Shown here piece after piece: positions 50,901 to 64,000 of a DNA stretch of 64,000 nt. Each line of letters opens with the position of its first letter. The first letter of the stretch is position 1. The notes under the pieces are model-generated. The model was given only the letters and a program-made list of their open reading frames with translations. It was not told the origin of the DNA and ran no database searches. Source of the stretch: Camelus ferus (taxonomy: Eukaryota); NCBI RefSeq assembly GCF_009834535.1, contig NC_045696.1, positions 620,001 to 684,000 of the forward strand. The letters run 5' to 3'. The position numbers and the translations under genes were made by a program.

Positions 50901-51859
50901 GGCATCTCCCACTCCCTCCACACCCACAGCACAGGCGCCCTCGTGGGCCCAAGTGCCTGGACCAGGTACCGCCTGGCCCCTGACCGGCAGCAAGGGGCAG
51001 GTGCAGCAGCTCTGACGGGCGGGCCCGCCCCGCGCTGTCCTGCCCCTGGCTGTCCTGGTGCTGTCACCAGGCGTCCTCTGACACAGGAGCCGGGACGACT
51101 GGGCGTGTGACCAGCGGGTCCTGCCTGCTGCGCTGGTGGCCATGGGCGCCCCAGGCGTGTTGGTGAACAAATGAGATGACATGAAGCCTCTGTTTCAGCT
51201 TCTGATATTTTGGGGCCTATTTGTTTCCCAGCCCCTCTGACTAATACAGAGCCCAGACAGCCCACCCTGCACAGGGTGGCAGGACCTGCACACCAACGAG
51301 GAGGCAACAGGACATGGAGAGTGTGTGCACATCCGCTCTGCTTCTGCTCCACACGGTGGAATGTGTGTGGCATGGCGCCTGGCCCGCAGCCACTTCTGCC
51401 TGAGCCCCAGGGCATCTTCTCGCCACCGTCCCTGCGCAGGACACTCCACCAGGCCCTGCCCCCACCGTGACCCCCTCGCCCATCTCAGCAGCGCAGTGAA
51501 CCGTGTGGCTTGATGGGCTCCTGCCTGGCCAGCAGTTCCACCTCCACGTGCCTCAGTTTCCTCTCCCTGAAAGAGGGATCAAGATAGCTGCGGCCTCCTT
51601 GGGGGGACGTGTGGGTCATCTCAGCTGAGAAAGCCCTTAGAACCGTGGGACTGGGCAGTGAGCAGGCTGCTGGGGACGGCCAGCTGTATCTGCTGCCACT
51701 GCTGAGAGCGAGAGTGGCCTGGTGTCTGCTTGCACACTGCTTTACTGAAGTGTCACAGCACAGAAAAACGCACACATCGTCTGGACACAGTGAGCCGGAC
51801 GTCGCACGACGGACACCTGACGGAGAACAAAGCATTGGGGCCCCTCCAGCCACCCCAGC

Positions 51860-51967
51860 CCCCCTAGCCACCCCTGTCCCAGGGGGTCACCCCATCCCCC
51901 TAGCCACCCCTGTCCCAGGGGGTCACCCCAGCCCCTCTAGCCACCCCTGTCCCAGGGGGTCACCCCC
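51860..51967. repeat. Tandem repeat, three copies of a 36-37 bp unit
   Basis: ctagccacccctgtcccagggggtcacccc starts at 51864, 51900 and 51937. Confidence 0.95.
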
Positions 51968-54345
51968 ACACCAGGTGGCCATGCCTGCCCCAGGGTGACC
52001 ACAGTCCTGGTTCCTGTTGGGAGCGTGCGGCAGCAGGCTGCCCGGGCCCGGCGTGGGTGCGTAGTGGCTCTCCCCTGTGCCCTCCAGTCCTCACCCACAG
52101 TGCTGCCACCCCCGCCACAGGCACCAGACTTCCCCTGTGGGCAGCGGCACTCACTGCAGCATTCAACCAGTTTCAGTGGCGAGGATGTGGGGTAAAAAGA
52201 GGCATGGGGCCCAGGCTGGGCTCTGCGTCCTCGTGACAGCCAGGCCCAGGGCCAGCACTGCTCCTGTGCCCCTCGGCTCCCGCACAAGGGGCAGCCCTTC
52301 TCCCTCCCGAAGGGAAGCATGTTCCTGCGGCAGGAGCCCCAACCTGGCCTTGAGAGTGGCGCATCTCCACCGGAGACAGCTCCCCACAAAGCAAGAGCTC
52401 TCCGTGAGAGCCCTTCAGGAGAGGGCGTGTGGACGGCTGTCCCTTCTCAACTGGAGGTGGGACCCCTGTCCCGTCCTCATTCAGGGATGTGACCTGGCTT
52501 GCTGGGCCCCAGTGTGACCACCAGTTTTCCACCAGGAGAGAGCAGGGCTGGCGTAGCAACACCCAGAAGAGGGGACTCGCCCTTCAGGTGTGCACAGCTC
52601 CACTCTCTTATCTGCTCCATGGACGCAACCACAGGTTTCCCGTCCCACACTCTCCCCAACCCAGGCTGGGACCTGTGCTGGGGCGAGCGCTCAGAGGCTG
52701 AAGTGTCCACATCTCCGTGGGTGGAGGCTGGGTCCACGCTCTCTCAGGAAAGGGAGTGGGGACCGCCCTTTACCTTGGGCAGAAGGGCCGTGGGCAGAGG
52801 CGCTCCCAGGGCAGATCTGTTGGGTGGAGCAAAGCCCTCTGTGCTTTGGAGATGGATGTTTCTGACGTCTCCGTGGGGACCCGGTCCCCCAGACCCTTTA
52901 CTCTCAAGGGCAATGATTCAGCCTCGGGATGCGGGGTGTGGGGTGGCAGTCAGGGGGTGGCACAAGGGGGGGCGTGGCAGGGGACACTGAAGGCGCACCC
53001 TGGAGCTGGGGACATGCCAGCAGGTCTGCCTGCCCAGGTCAGATACTTGGAAACAGTTCTGGGCAGGAGCGAAGAGGGCACATGGTTCCAGCAGCTCCAC
53101 GTTAGAGGGTGTGACCACAAGTCCCCTCCCAGACTGAAGCCACCCCCCCACCCCATACTTGGCTCTCCTTTCTCTGGACCTCAGGACCTCAGACAGCAGC
53201 TTTGGCGGCCAAGGACCTCAGACCAGGAGTCACGTCCTCCTGGGCCACGGGGTCCAGCCTGCCTGCCTTTCCTGCAAAGCTGCACCCCCTCTACCCCATG
53301 TGCTCCCTCTGAGAGGCGGGACTTCTCCTCCACCTAAATAAGCTCCCTCTCCTGTGGCCACTTTCCTCTGGGGACTCTGCACACAGTCAAACCTCGTCTC
53401 CCTGGAGTCGCCAAACAATCGGTGCCCCCACGATGTGTAGGACTCGCTAGACGGACACATGGGGGAAACAGAACAGCCCCCACTGGCAGGCGCTCAGCCT
53501 CAGGCCCCGCGGATCAGACACGAGCGCCGCTGCTTCGCAGTGGGGGCCGCGCGCAGCTTCCGACGGTGGCGGGAGAACGCCTAAGGCTGCTGGGAGGGCA
53601 AAGCAAGTGGCACACGGACGCCGTGAACTCCGACGTGGAAGGCAAGAAACGTAGTGTGCTTTGCACCCCGTACCTCCCAGTTCATGTTGAAATGATCTGA
53701 GATTTTATACGTAAATTATTTTCACTAGTGTTTATAATAAATTTAAAGTCTAAATGTACAATTTCTTTAAAAATTTACTTGAATTAAATTTTATAACCGG
53801 GTAAACAGCAATTAATTAAACCCGACTCATCACTTCTCACCTGTTTCTTTATGTTGTGTCTTCCAGGTTCCCGAGTTTCTACTTTGTACTCACTCTCTGT
53901 CAGTTACAGCCAGCGTCTGTCAGTGTGTGCCTTCACGTCTGCTGTGAGGTGAGGCTCTTCCGCACGAGCTGCTTCAGGTCTGTTCTCCGTACGTCTTACT
54001 TTTGCTCTCATGTTTTTCCACTTTAAATTGTCTTCTGTACTTTAGGAAATTTTCTGGAGCTTTTCTTTGAAATGATCTAGTTTTCTGTAAAATCTAAACT
54101 GCTATTCAGTCTTTGCATTTTAAAAATGGCAGAATATGTTAAACAAAAAGAATACAGAAATCATGTTATCAATGCCACTTAGATTTGCTGTAAGCTGGCA
54201 TTTCATCATATTTACTTTAAGAAATAAAACAATGTGACACAATCAAACCTTTGTGTGCTTGTCCCCGGTTCCAAAAGGCACTGGATCTTTAAAGAAGAAA
54301 TAACGATCCTGCTCAAAGCTAGAGAGCATCCCAACAGCCCAGCGC

Positions 54346-54965
54346 GCAGGACCCGATGAGAGAGAGCCCACGGGGCCATGACAGCAGTGCAGAAGCAGCA
54401 GGACCCGGTTAGGGAGGGCCCACGGGGCTGTGACGGCAGTGCAGAAGCAGCAGGACCCGATGAGGGAGGGTCCACGGCCGTGATGGCTGTGCAAAAGCAG
54501 CAGGACCCGATGAGAGAGGGCCCACGGGGCCGTGAGGGCAGTACAGAAGCAGCAGGACCCGATGAGAGAGGGCCCACGGGGCCGTGACGGCGGTGCAGAA
54601 GCAGCAGGACCCGGTTAGGGAGGGCCCACGGGGCTGTGACGGCAGTGCAGAAGCAGCAGGACCCGATGAGGGAGGGTCCACGGCCGTGATGGCTGTGCAA
54701 AAGCAGCAGGACCCGATGAGAGAGGGCCCACGGGGCCGTGAGGGCAGTGCAGAAGCAGCAGGACCCGATGAGGGAGGGTCCACGGCCGTGATGGCTGTGC
54801 AAAAGCAGCAGGACCCGATGAGAGAGGGCCCACGGGGCCGTGACGGCGGTGCAGAAGCAGCAGGACCGGTTAGGGAGGGCCCACGGGGCCGTGACGGCAG
54901 TGCAGAAGCAGCAGGACCCGATGAGAGAGGGCCCACGGGGCCGTGACGGCGGTGCAGAAGCAGCA
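54346..54965. repeat. GC-rich minisatellite, 12 units of 50-52 bp
   Basis: Consensus gcaggacccgatgagagagggcccacggggccgtgacggcagtgcagaagca, with recurring variant units. Confidence 0.97.
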
Positions 54966-55135
54966 CTCGGTAAACCTTAACACTCACTCAGAACATGAGA
55001 CACCAGCACGGAGAACAGACGCAAGTGTTCCCAGCCCGAGGGAAAATATTTATCAGAAGTTCATAATTAACATCAAACTGAGCAATGAAACTAGAAAACT
55101 CCCTCCGCAGGCGGGAGCAAGGTGGGACTGCCCGC
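54950..55135 (+). mobile_element. GC-shifted L1 ORF2 reverse-transcriptase fragment
   Basis: 'tgcagaagcagcactcggtaaaccttaacactcactca..aacatcaaactgagcaatgaaactagaaaactccct..gggagcaaggtgggactgcccgc' follows the recalled L1 DAEKAFDKIQH..GTRQGCPL coding sequence. Confidence 0.65.
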
Positions 55136-55369
55136 CCGGAGGGGGTGCTTCCTGGAGGCCGCAGGAGGCCCCGCCCCCGTTTGCCGTGGCCGCTTCCAGC
55201 AGAGGGCCGCGCCGCCCGGGGCCAGAGGAGGTGGCTTTGCTTTGTCCTCCTCCACCCCAGGTAATGTTTTTTAAAATACTGTTTGTCTGAAATCAACGCA
55301 GAGCACGCTTGTGTTTAGCGGTGTTCACAGGTCTGTGTGCTCCTGCTCTCCAGTCTCAGCTTGTCAGTG

Positions 55370-56205
55370 TGGTCTATTTAGCTGTGTCTCGTGTAGGTAG
55401 CGTCAGCTGAGTGTTATTTCGCTTTCATGGTCTATTGATCTTTATCCCTTAAAACACGAGTTTAACCCATTCACAGTTATCGTAATTACTGACATATGTA
55501 AATTTTTTTCTACCAGTCTTATTTTGGGTTTTCTACTTGCTAGGGTTTTTTCCTCTGCTTTCTCCTTCCTTCCTGGCTTCTGATGGATATATATTTCCCT
55601 CTCTCTCCACTAGTTTGGAAGATATTTCTGCTCTTACAAACAGGGTGGGGTCCAATTGGACTAACAGATACACATATCTAAATATATAAATTTTCACCTT
55701 AAGTTTTTATTGTACATTATACACTGGAAAATTTCTACAAAAGTCTGAAGCCATTGAATGTTTCTGTCCTTCTCCAGAGCATGAGAGCTCCACAGGCTTG
55801 ACTGTTCATTGAACTCTGCCCTATCTTGCTATTACTGCCTGCTTTAGTCTTATCTTTCTAAAAGACTAAACTTTTCAAACAGTAATTTATTATAGATGCC
55901 ACAAATTAACCATTTTTCTTATAACCCATGCCATCTCTTCAAATTCATTTTCTTTTTGTTGAAGTATATCCTTTAATCTTTTTTTTAGTGAGGACCTTTA
56001 TTTTTTTATTAAAGTACAGTCAGTTACAACGTGCCAGTCTCTGGGGTACAGCACAGCGTTCCAGTCATGCACGTACATACATACATTCATTTTCATATTC
56101 TTTTTCATTAAAGGTTATTACAAGATATTGAATACACAGAAGAAATTTTTTTTTAATCTATTTTTATATATAGTGAGGACCTTTTAGATGGAAAGGCTTC
56201 TCAAG
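55370..56205 (-). mobile_element. Old L1 fragment containing a young L1 3'-UTR insert (56000-56170) with TSD
   Basis: TSD tagtgaggaccttt at 55986-55999 and 56171-56184. Confidence 0.8.
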
Positions 56206-56207
56206 TT

Positions 56208-56710
56208 TTGCTCTGGTTTCCTTTTGCTGCTTGACAAATCACGATGAGACGCGCTGGTGTCAGCAACTGCTGTGTTACGCTGCCAGATTCCGCAGGTCAG
56301 GAGTTCAGACAGAAGCACGGCAGGAAGGGCTTGTTTCTGCGCCGTGATGCCTGGGGTCTCCACTGAGGGCAGAAATCAACTGAAACCTTCTTCGCTCATG
56401 TGCGTGGTGTCTGGGCTGGGGGGGGACTCAAAAGATGGGCCAACTGGAAATGTTGGTTTGGGCTTCCTTACAAGATGGCAGCTTCAAGACAGGACTCTCA
56501 CGTGGTGGCAGGGAGCTCCCAGAGCAAGCACGCGCTCCAAGGCAGAAGCCGCATCACCTGTTATGGAGGTCCAGCCTTGGAGGTCACTCCCGCTGTGCTC
56601 TGTTAGTGGAAGGTGTTACAAGCTCACTCAGATTCAAGAAAGGGCCATGGATGGCCACCTTTGAGGGGAGAAGAGTCAAAGAATTTGCATCCATGTCTCA
56701 ACACTGCCAC
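56208..56710 (-). mobile_element. MaLR LTR (older MLT1 subfamily)
   Basis: 'gcttgtttctgcgccgtgatgcctggggtctc', 'tgggcttccttacaagatggcagc', 'ttgaggggagaagagtcaaagaatttgca'. Confidence 0.7.
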
Positions 56711-57334
56711 AGTCTCTCCCTGGACAAACGTCATTCACGTTCCTCCCCGAGGCAAAACAGACTCATTTCCTCCCCAAACATCCCCAGACAGCCTCGTTCC
56801 ATCATGGCTTCAGACTCATGCTCACAGTCAAGGGTCTCTTCCCTAATCAAGTCCGGGCGTGGAAAAGGCTGCTCAGGTTGGGTTCCCTGTGAGAGTTCCT
56901 CTTGTCTTGAAGACTTACGAAGAGAGACGAGTTGTCCCCGTGCCCTGCCACACTCAACATGCCACGGTGGGCAGGGGTCTCCGCGAACACCTCACTCAAA
57001 CAGGAAGCGTGTGGGAGGCCCACCACAGTCTCAAGGCTGGCGGGGCACCCGCCCCAGCGTGCTGACCCACCCGCGTCTTGTGAGACACTCACACTCTCTC
57101 AGCGCTGGTCTCCGGGCACTTGCTGACCCCGCAGGCGTCCTCGTCGTCCACAAGTCGCCACCAGTACCTGCGGCTGAGCGTCCTTGGCTCGCCGCCTTTC
57201 TGCGGACGGTCAGGAGCCCTGAGACTTCTTCGCACTTTGCCCCACTCTGTTCCCTTTAGACCAAGCTGGTCCTTAGAGACACGGGGGGGGCTCAGCTGCA
57301 CTAGCAGACACACACACGTACGTAAGTGCACAAA

Positions 57335-57517
57335 CGCAAAGGGGACCTACTGTGGAGCACAGGGAACTACATTCATATATTGTGATAACGTGGAACGGGA
57401 AAGAATCTGAAAAGAAGATACGTGCATGCATACGTATAGCCGAATCGCTGGGCTGTGCACCTGAAACTAACACTGTAAATCAACTACACTTCAATGAAAA
57501 ATTTAAAAATAAAAAAA
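57335..57517 (+). mobile_element. L1 3'-UTR fragment with A-rich tail
   Basis: 'ggacctactgtggagcacagggaactacattca..gctgtgcacctgaaactaacactgtaaatcaactacacttcaat'. Confidence 0.85.
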
Positions 57518-58749
57518 CACCGTGGGGTTCAATTTGCATAAACTGCACCAGACAAAAGCCGCCCCTAAAGACGGGTCCATCTGTGCCTCTGCAGCGACCC
57601 TATCTTCCGGTTTTCCTTGGTGACAAGGCAGCCTCACGGAGCTGGGCGTGCTCGTCTGAAAGAGGACGGAACGTGGAGATGGGCAGAGCTGGGCTGCACC
57701 CAAAGCGCCACTGGCAGTCGTGGCCTTCGGCAAACTGGCAACGTCTGAACCTTACTCTTCTCATCTGTAAACTGAAGACATCACAGTCTTCCTTGCAGGG
57801 CACCTGGCGCTGTCTGGGGCCCAGGGTAGACGCGTGGCCGGGGCTCTGGACAGGCCTGCCGGACAGGCGACTGAGGCTGGGGCTGTGGGACTGGAAACAA
57901 CCAGCTCAGGCCCCAGGTGCCACCGTCAGGAGGAGGAGGAGGGGCTGCGATGGGAGGAGGGAGGTTTGCTCTTCCTTTGTCCGCAGGAGGATCTGCAGAC
58001 CCGAGGGCACCTCTGGCTGGGAGACATGCCCGGCTCCTCTCTGCTCCACCAGGTGGATGGACTTGCTGTTTTTGGCTTCCGTCGTCTTTATTTTTCTGAG
58101 AGTAGAGGAGATTTATGGAGGAAAGCAAGCCAGCTCCCCAGTTCCTGGCTTACTCTGTGAGTTCGTTCCAGAGTCTCCAAGTCATGTTCCTCAGAAGTCT
58201 CCAAGCAAGTGCTGAAGGGGGAGGGGGGTCAGGATGTGGTGAGCTTCTGCTGGAAGCTGGCTAGTCTCTCCAACACTGGAGTGAACGGCAGTCTCCCACG
58301 GATTTAGGTCCCTGCATGAGGAACGCTTGTCTGCTTCATAGTTGCTTAAAAGCAGGGTAATACACAAGAGGATTTCAGAAGCATTTTGAATCTATTTCCT
58401 TCAGTACAAAGCATGTGCACTGAAGGCCTCTGAAAAGACAGGTTAATTCACCTGAAGTACGATGACTCACCACTTCCGACGGCCTGAGTCTCGGGGGCAC
58501 CACTTACTGGTCGGTTCCCCGTGATGCCGCGCGCTGACCCACCTGAGGTTAACGCCAGCAGAGCAGGAGAGAGCCTGTGGCCCAGAGCAAAGGAAGAGGC
58601 CGAATCTCCTCTTATGAAAATCCTGGCAGGGCCAGTCCGCCCTCCATCCGGCAGATTCCCCTGAAATGAAGCTGTTTTCAAGAGATGCCAGATCCTGGGT
58701 CATGTTTTGAAAATGTTCCCTGGGCTTGGCGATAACCTCGCCGGGGTCA

Positions 58750-61700
58750 CATCTGGCTTGGAGGCCACGTGCCAAGCACTCCACAGTTAGGGCTGAAACT
58801 GCAAGCTCACAACAGGAGGGAAAAACACAACAGAGTGTGTGAAGCTGCCTCATCCAGAGGGAACCTAAGGACACAGAATCTGCTGATCGCAGCCCTTGTT
58901 TACTGCGCGGTGTCAGGACTGGCCAGCGCCCGGCCAGCTCCTCTCGTCCCCGCTGACGCCGGGCGCCATCGGCCCTGCAGGCAGCGGGAGGAGGTGTCTG
59001 GCCGTGCCTTGACTGGCACACCTCTGACGGCTAATGACGTTGGCCGCCCACTCGTGAGGTATCTTTGTATCCACTTTCTCCGGAAGCGACTCTCCAAGGC
59101 TTTGGCCCACCTTCAACTGGGTTGTCTCTTGTTACTGACTGGCAGGGGTTCGGATTTACGTACCGTAAATACTGTACCCCTTTCTATGGCTTGCTGTTGA
59201 CGTTTGTAATTATCGGTTTTGACAAGCAAAATTTAAAGTCTCGCTAAAGTTAAATTCACCAGTGTTTTTCTTTTGTGGTTGGTGGTCTCTGTGCATCCTG
59301 TCAGTCCAAGGATAGTCTACGTATTTTTTTTTAGAGGCTTTACAATTTTGGATTCTATGGTGGAGTTTTCGATGCATCTTGAGTTAATTTTTACGTATGG
59401 TACGAGATAAGCAGCGAGAGTCGCGTCAGTTCCTTACGGGTAACTGTTCAGATTCAAGCAGTTTGTGAAAGTCTTCCCTCATCAGGTTGCTCTGACGCTT
59501 GGCTGAAAGCAAACTGACCACGTAAGTGCGGTCTGCTTCCGGCGCAGCCGGTGCCGCTGCTCTGCGGCAGCGCCTCACTCTCATGATTGCTGGAGCTTTC
59601 CTCAGTCTTCAGGTCGCTAGGCAGCAGAAGCTCTCTGATTTTGTTCTCCTTTCCCAAAAAGTTTTGGCCCTTTGGTATTTTCACGACTTTACTTTCATCA
59701 CTTTAGAGTCACCTGTCACTTTCTACTTTAAAAAAAGTTTGCTGGCATTTTTGTTGAGATCCACTGAGTCTACATATCAACTTGAGGAAAATTTGCATCT
59801 TAACAGTATTGACTTGTCCAATCCTTGAGCATGATGCATTTTTTCGTTTATTTATGTTTTCTTGAATTTTTCTCAGCAATGTTTGTGGTTTTCTGTGAGT
59901 AGGTCCTACACACCTTCCATTAAGTGTAACCCGAGTGCTGTTTAGCTCTGACGCTGTTGCAGGCATGTTTTCCAGTAAATGGTTTCACTTTCTGGCTGTT
60001 TGCTGCCAGTGTAAAAATTCATTTCGTTATTGTGCATTGACTTTACACCCTGTGGCTTGTTTAATTCACTTACTAATTCTCGTAATTTTTTGTTGTTGGT
60101 CCTTAGGCTTTTCTACACACACGATCATACCCTCCACCAACAAGGCAGGGCTACATCTTCCTTCCATGGGTTTATCGGTTTTATTTCTGTTTCTTCTCGG
60201 TGCACGCAGCTGAGCACACCAGTTCCATGCGGAACAGAAGCGGTAAGAGCCAACACCCTTGCCTTGCTCTCAAACTCAGGTTGAAAACATTCAGAATTTT
60301 ACTATAAAATATGATGTTATCCATACGTTTACAACTCGAATAAGTTCTCTTCTAGGCCCCGTGTCCTGACAGTTTTTAAGATGAATGGGTTTCAAATTTT
60401 GTCATGTTTTTAATGCATTTATCCAGATGATTTTGTGAATTTTGTCCTTTAACCTGTTGAAGTGGTGAATTACATTTATTGGTTTTTGAATTGTATTCCT
60501 GGAGTAAACCTCACTTGGTCATAACGGAATATCATTCTCTGTGTATTGCTGTTCGACTTGCTAACATTGCTTTTCATTTATGCTCACGTAGGATACTGGC
60601 CTGTAGTATTTCTTTAGTTTTGTAAGGGTTTGGTATTGGGGTTACTTTGGCTTCATCAAATGATTTGAGAATCATTCCATGCTTTTTTTTTTTTTTTTTT
60701 CTGAAAGGGTTTGTAGACAGTAAGTATTATTTGTTCCTTAAGTGTTTGATCTGCTCTTCCAGTGGGACCCTCTGGGCTTACACTTTCCTTTGCTGGGATG
60801 TTTGACTTCCACTTCTATTTGTTCTTGGGTCAGTTTTGGTGAAGACTGTCTTTCAAGATTTCATCACTGGAATAAGGTTGTTAAAATAGTCCACTATATT
60901 TTAGTAACAGCTTTATTAAGATGTAATTCATACATCATAAAATCCACCTTTTAAAAGCATTTCATTCAGTGGGTTTTAGTATATTCACAAAGTTTGCACC
61001 ACCACCATTATCCAAAATTACAACATTATTACCACCTTGAAAGGAAACCCCATACCTGGAGCAGTCACTCTCTGTCCACAGCCTCCAGGTCCCTGGCAAG
61101 CACTAATCTACTCTCCATGCAGATTTCCCCGTTCTGGACATTTCACATATTTGGAATCATACAGTCTTTTGTGACTGGTTTTGTTCACTCTGCACAATGT
61201 CTCCATAGCTCATCCATGTTGTAGGGTAAATCAGCATTTCATTCCTTTTTATGGCTGAGTAATATTCCATCTTTTTTTGACTGATGAGCATTTGGACTGT
61301 TTCCATATTTTAGCTTTTATGCATCATGCTGTTACAAATATTCATGCACAACTTTTGTGTGGACATATGTTTTCCATTCTCTTGGGTATATGCCTAGGTG
61401 TGGAAACACTGGATCACATAATAGCTGTGTGTCTAACATTCTGAAGAGCTGCCAAACTGTTTGCAAAGTGGCTGCATCACTTCACATTCCATCACAGTGC
61501 ATGAGTGTTCCAATTTCTCTGCATCCTTGTTGACACTTGCTATTGCCTGTCGTTTGAGTGTAGCCATGCTAGTGGGTATGAGAATGGGATCTCATTGTGG
61601 TTTTGATGTGATTTCCCTGATGGCTAACGATGTTGAGCAGTATTTTCACGTTGTAAGAGTTCTTCATATATTCTGGATTTTAGTCCCTTAGATATATGAT

Positions 61701-63510
61701 TTGCAAATACTTCCTCTCATTTTGTGAGTTGCAATTTAGCTATCCTGACAGTATCTTTTGAAGAAAAGAAGTTTTAAATATTAATGAAGCCCAATTATCT
61801 AGTTTTCTTTCATTTCTTGTAGTTTTGGTGGCATAATATGCTGTTTAAAAAAAATTACCTCTGAGGGATGAAATGATAGAGCAGAGAATTTTTAGGGCAG
61901 TGAAAATGATACATGAAATGAGTGTTATCACACTCATGACAACAGTATGATGTTATAATGGTGGACATGTGTCTCATGTCTTGGTCCAGACCCACATAAC
62001 GCACAACACCAATGTGACCCTGACGTAAACTGCAGACTTTGGACGATAATGAGGTGTCACTGCAGGCTCATCAGTGGTGGCAACTGTCCCATCAGGTGGG
62101 CATGTTGATTAGAAGGGAGGCTGTGCACGTGTGTGCAAAGGGTATATGGGATTTCTCTGTACCTTCCTCTCAATTTTGCTCTAAAATTGTCTTTAAAAGA
62201 AAAATTATTAATCAGGTAAAATATTCTCTAATTTTCCTTGTGGTTTCCTTTTTGATCCATGCGTTAATCAGACGTGTACTGTATGCTAGGGATTTACCGG
62301 TATATTAACTTTTTATTTCTTATGCAGAAATGTCGCTCTTTCCCGGTTGCATATTTCCTTCCAAACAGGCCCTGGGAGTCGTGGGGTGGGGAAGGGGCTC
62401 AGCTTCCTCAACCAAAGACCCTTCAAGTGATATTCCCAATACAGAGTCATCTCCTCTGCTGTGAACTATGCCTCTAGCGTGTGAAAGCCACTCAGTCACA
62501 TGGATTTCTGTCACTGATTTCTAACCGATTCCATATTCTGTATTATCTCAATGCTATTATTTTACTGACATTTTATGGCTCAATATGTTGCCTATCTTGG
62601 AGCACGTTCAATGAGGTGTATTTTTCAAACATTGGGCTTAGTGTTTTATCATTGTCAATTAGGTTAATTTAATTGATAGTTGTTCAGGCTTTATATATCC
62701 TAATATTTTTCTGTCTAAGAGAGTTAAATCTCCAATAACAACAGTGGATTTATCTCTTCTCAGGTGCAAACATATTTAGATTTGTTATGTTTCCTTGATG
62801 AAATAATGCTTTTATCATTATGTAATGTTCTTCTTTGCCACCACCACCACTTCCCGTCTTAAGAGCCGTTTTGGGTTTTATGAACATGGCTACTCCAGCT
62901 TTCTCATGATGAATGTTTTCATGGTATAGCTTTTTCATTATTTAAATTTGAACCTATTTATATTTCTATGATATCTTGTACAAAACAAGTGTAATTGGCC
63001 TTTATTTTAAAAATCTTGGTTTGACCAGCTCTGCCTTCTAGCTGGAGGATGTGGCCGTTTTCATTTGCTTCAATTGTTGACAGGCTTTCCTTGTGACCAC
63101 CTTGCTGTTTGTTGTTAGTTATTTATTTTTCTTCCTTTTTTACTGCCTTTAAAAAAAACTGTTCTGGTATATTTTTGTGTTCCACTTTTCCTCCTCTATC
63201 AGATTCTATGGTTAGATTCTATTCTATAGATAGATTCTATTCTATCTTCAGTGGTTCTTTTCTAAATCTCACATATGCTTATTTCATCTGTCTATCTTGA
63301 ATCAGTATTTATCATTTTACCACAATCTAAAAACCTTGCAGCTGCAACAGGGTATTTCTATTTATTCTCTTCTGATCCTTATGCTATTTTTATCTTGTAT
63401 TCACTTCCAGATGAATTACAAATCTCACTATTGTTACCATTGCTTTTAACTCAATTGAATTTCGAAAACTAAAAACCCAGAAAAACATTATTCTACACTA
63501 ACCTACATAG
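58750..63510 (-). mobile_element. Composite old L1 block with nested L1 3' ends (minus strand 60900-61830; plus strand L1MC-like 61865-62205)
   Basis: Continuous antisense ORF2 text; nested elements start with recognisable L1 3'-UTR ends. Confidence 0.85.
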
Positions 63511-63513
63511 TTA

Positions 63514-63815
63514 CTGTCTTAATCAGTTTGGGATTATCAGTAGGTGGCTATAAGGAGCAGAATTTGCTTCTCACATTCTGGAGGCTGGAAGTCCAGGATC
63601 AGGGTGCCGGCAGGGTCGTCCTGTGCAGGGCTCTTCTGGGCTGCGGAAGGCTGACTTCTCACTGCGGCTCCCATGGAAGAAGGGACAGGCAGCTCTGCTG
63701 GGAGGACACTAAACCCACTTGTGAGGGTGCCACCTGAAGGCCCCACCGCCCAACACCGCCACGCTGGGAATCAGAATTTCACCACATGGATTGGGGAGGG
63801 GGAACATGAAGTCCG
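63514..63815 (-). mobile_element. MaLR LTR (MLT1A/B-like)
   Basis: 'tctcacattctggaggctggaagtccaggatcagggtgccggcag'. Confidence 0.85.
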
Positions 63816-63864
63816 TTATTACCCTTTGTAACATCTTCCTTTTCTTCTGCAGACTTCATTCCCA

Positions 63865-64000
63865 CAGAGACATTTCCGGTTGTCACAACTGGGGGCGGGG
63901 CCTCCTGGCATCTCGTGGGTAGAGGCCTGGGATGACGCACAAGACAGCCCCCACAGCAGAGAACTATTTGGCCCCATATGTCAGCAGTGCCATAGTTGAG
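63865..64000. mobile_element. MER20-like hAT transposon, running off the window edge
   Basis: 'gagacatttccggttgtcacaactggggg..ctggcatctcgtgggtagaggcc..ccccatatgtcagcagtgccatagttgag'. Confidence 0.85.

Noticed and set aside
54212..54987. Repetitive ORFs and a CRISPR-like look
   Set aside because: Head-to-tail minisatellite with no unique spacers and no cas genes, in mammalian DNA
56435..58215. 274-aa and 287-aa ORFs
   Set aside because: They begin in MLT1 and L1 3'-UTR remnants; no recognisable protein

Overview
Mammalian nuclear DNA, probably camelid (camel/alpaca). The lineage call is an inference from a tRNA-Ala-derived SINE resembling the camelid vic-1 family. GC-rich unique DNA alternates with AT-rich LINE-1 blocks. 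I found no protein-coding gene, rRNA, intact tRNA, recognisable miRNA or CRISPR array; the listed ORFs look like by-products of high GC, tandem repeats and decayed transposons. Identifiable content: old and young L1 fragments (several with target-site duplications, TSDs), MaLR and ERVL LTRs, a decayed ERVL pol region (RNase H/integrase/dUTPase-like remnants, ~15.4-17.7 kb), hAT transposon remnants, two minisatellites and an alternating purine-pyrimidine tract. A candidate regulatory hub spans ~17.8-32.6 kb, with CpG-rich promoter-like elements and AP-1/ARE, CArG, MEF2/TATA and kB motifs. The most unusual observations are: an L1 3' end shifted AT-to-GC that merges into a CpG island; a 52-bp minisatellite apparently derived from L1 reverse-transcriptase sequence; a 178-bp local templated duplication; and an unidentified ~190-bp retroposed insert. 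I cannot support a claim of a new biological system. Repeat family names come from recalled consensus sequences, and most boundaries are approximate.
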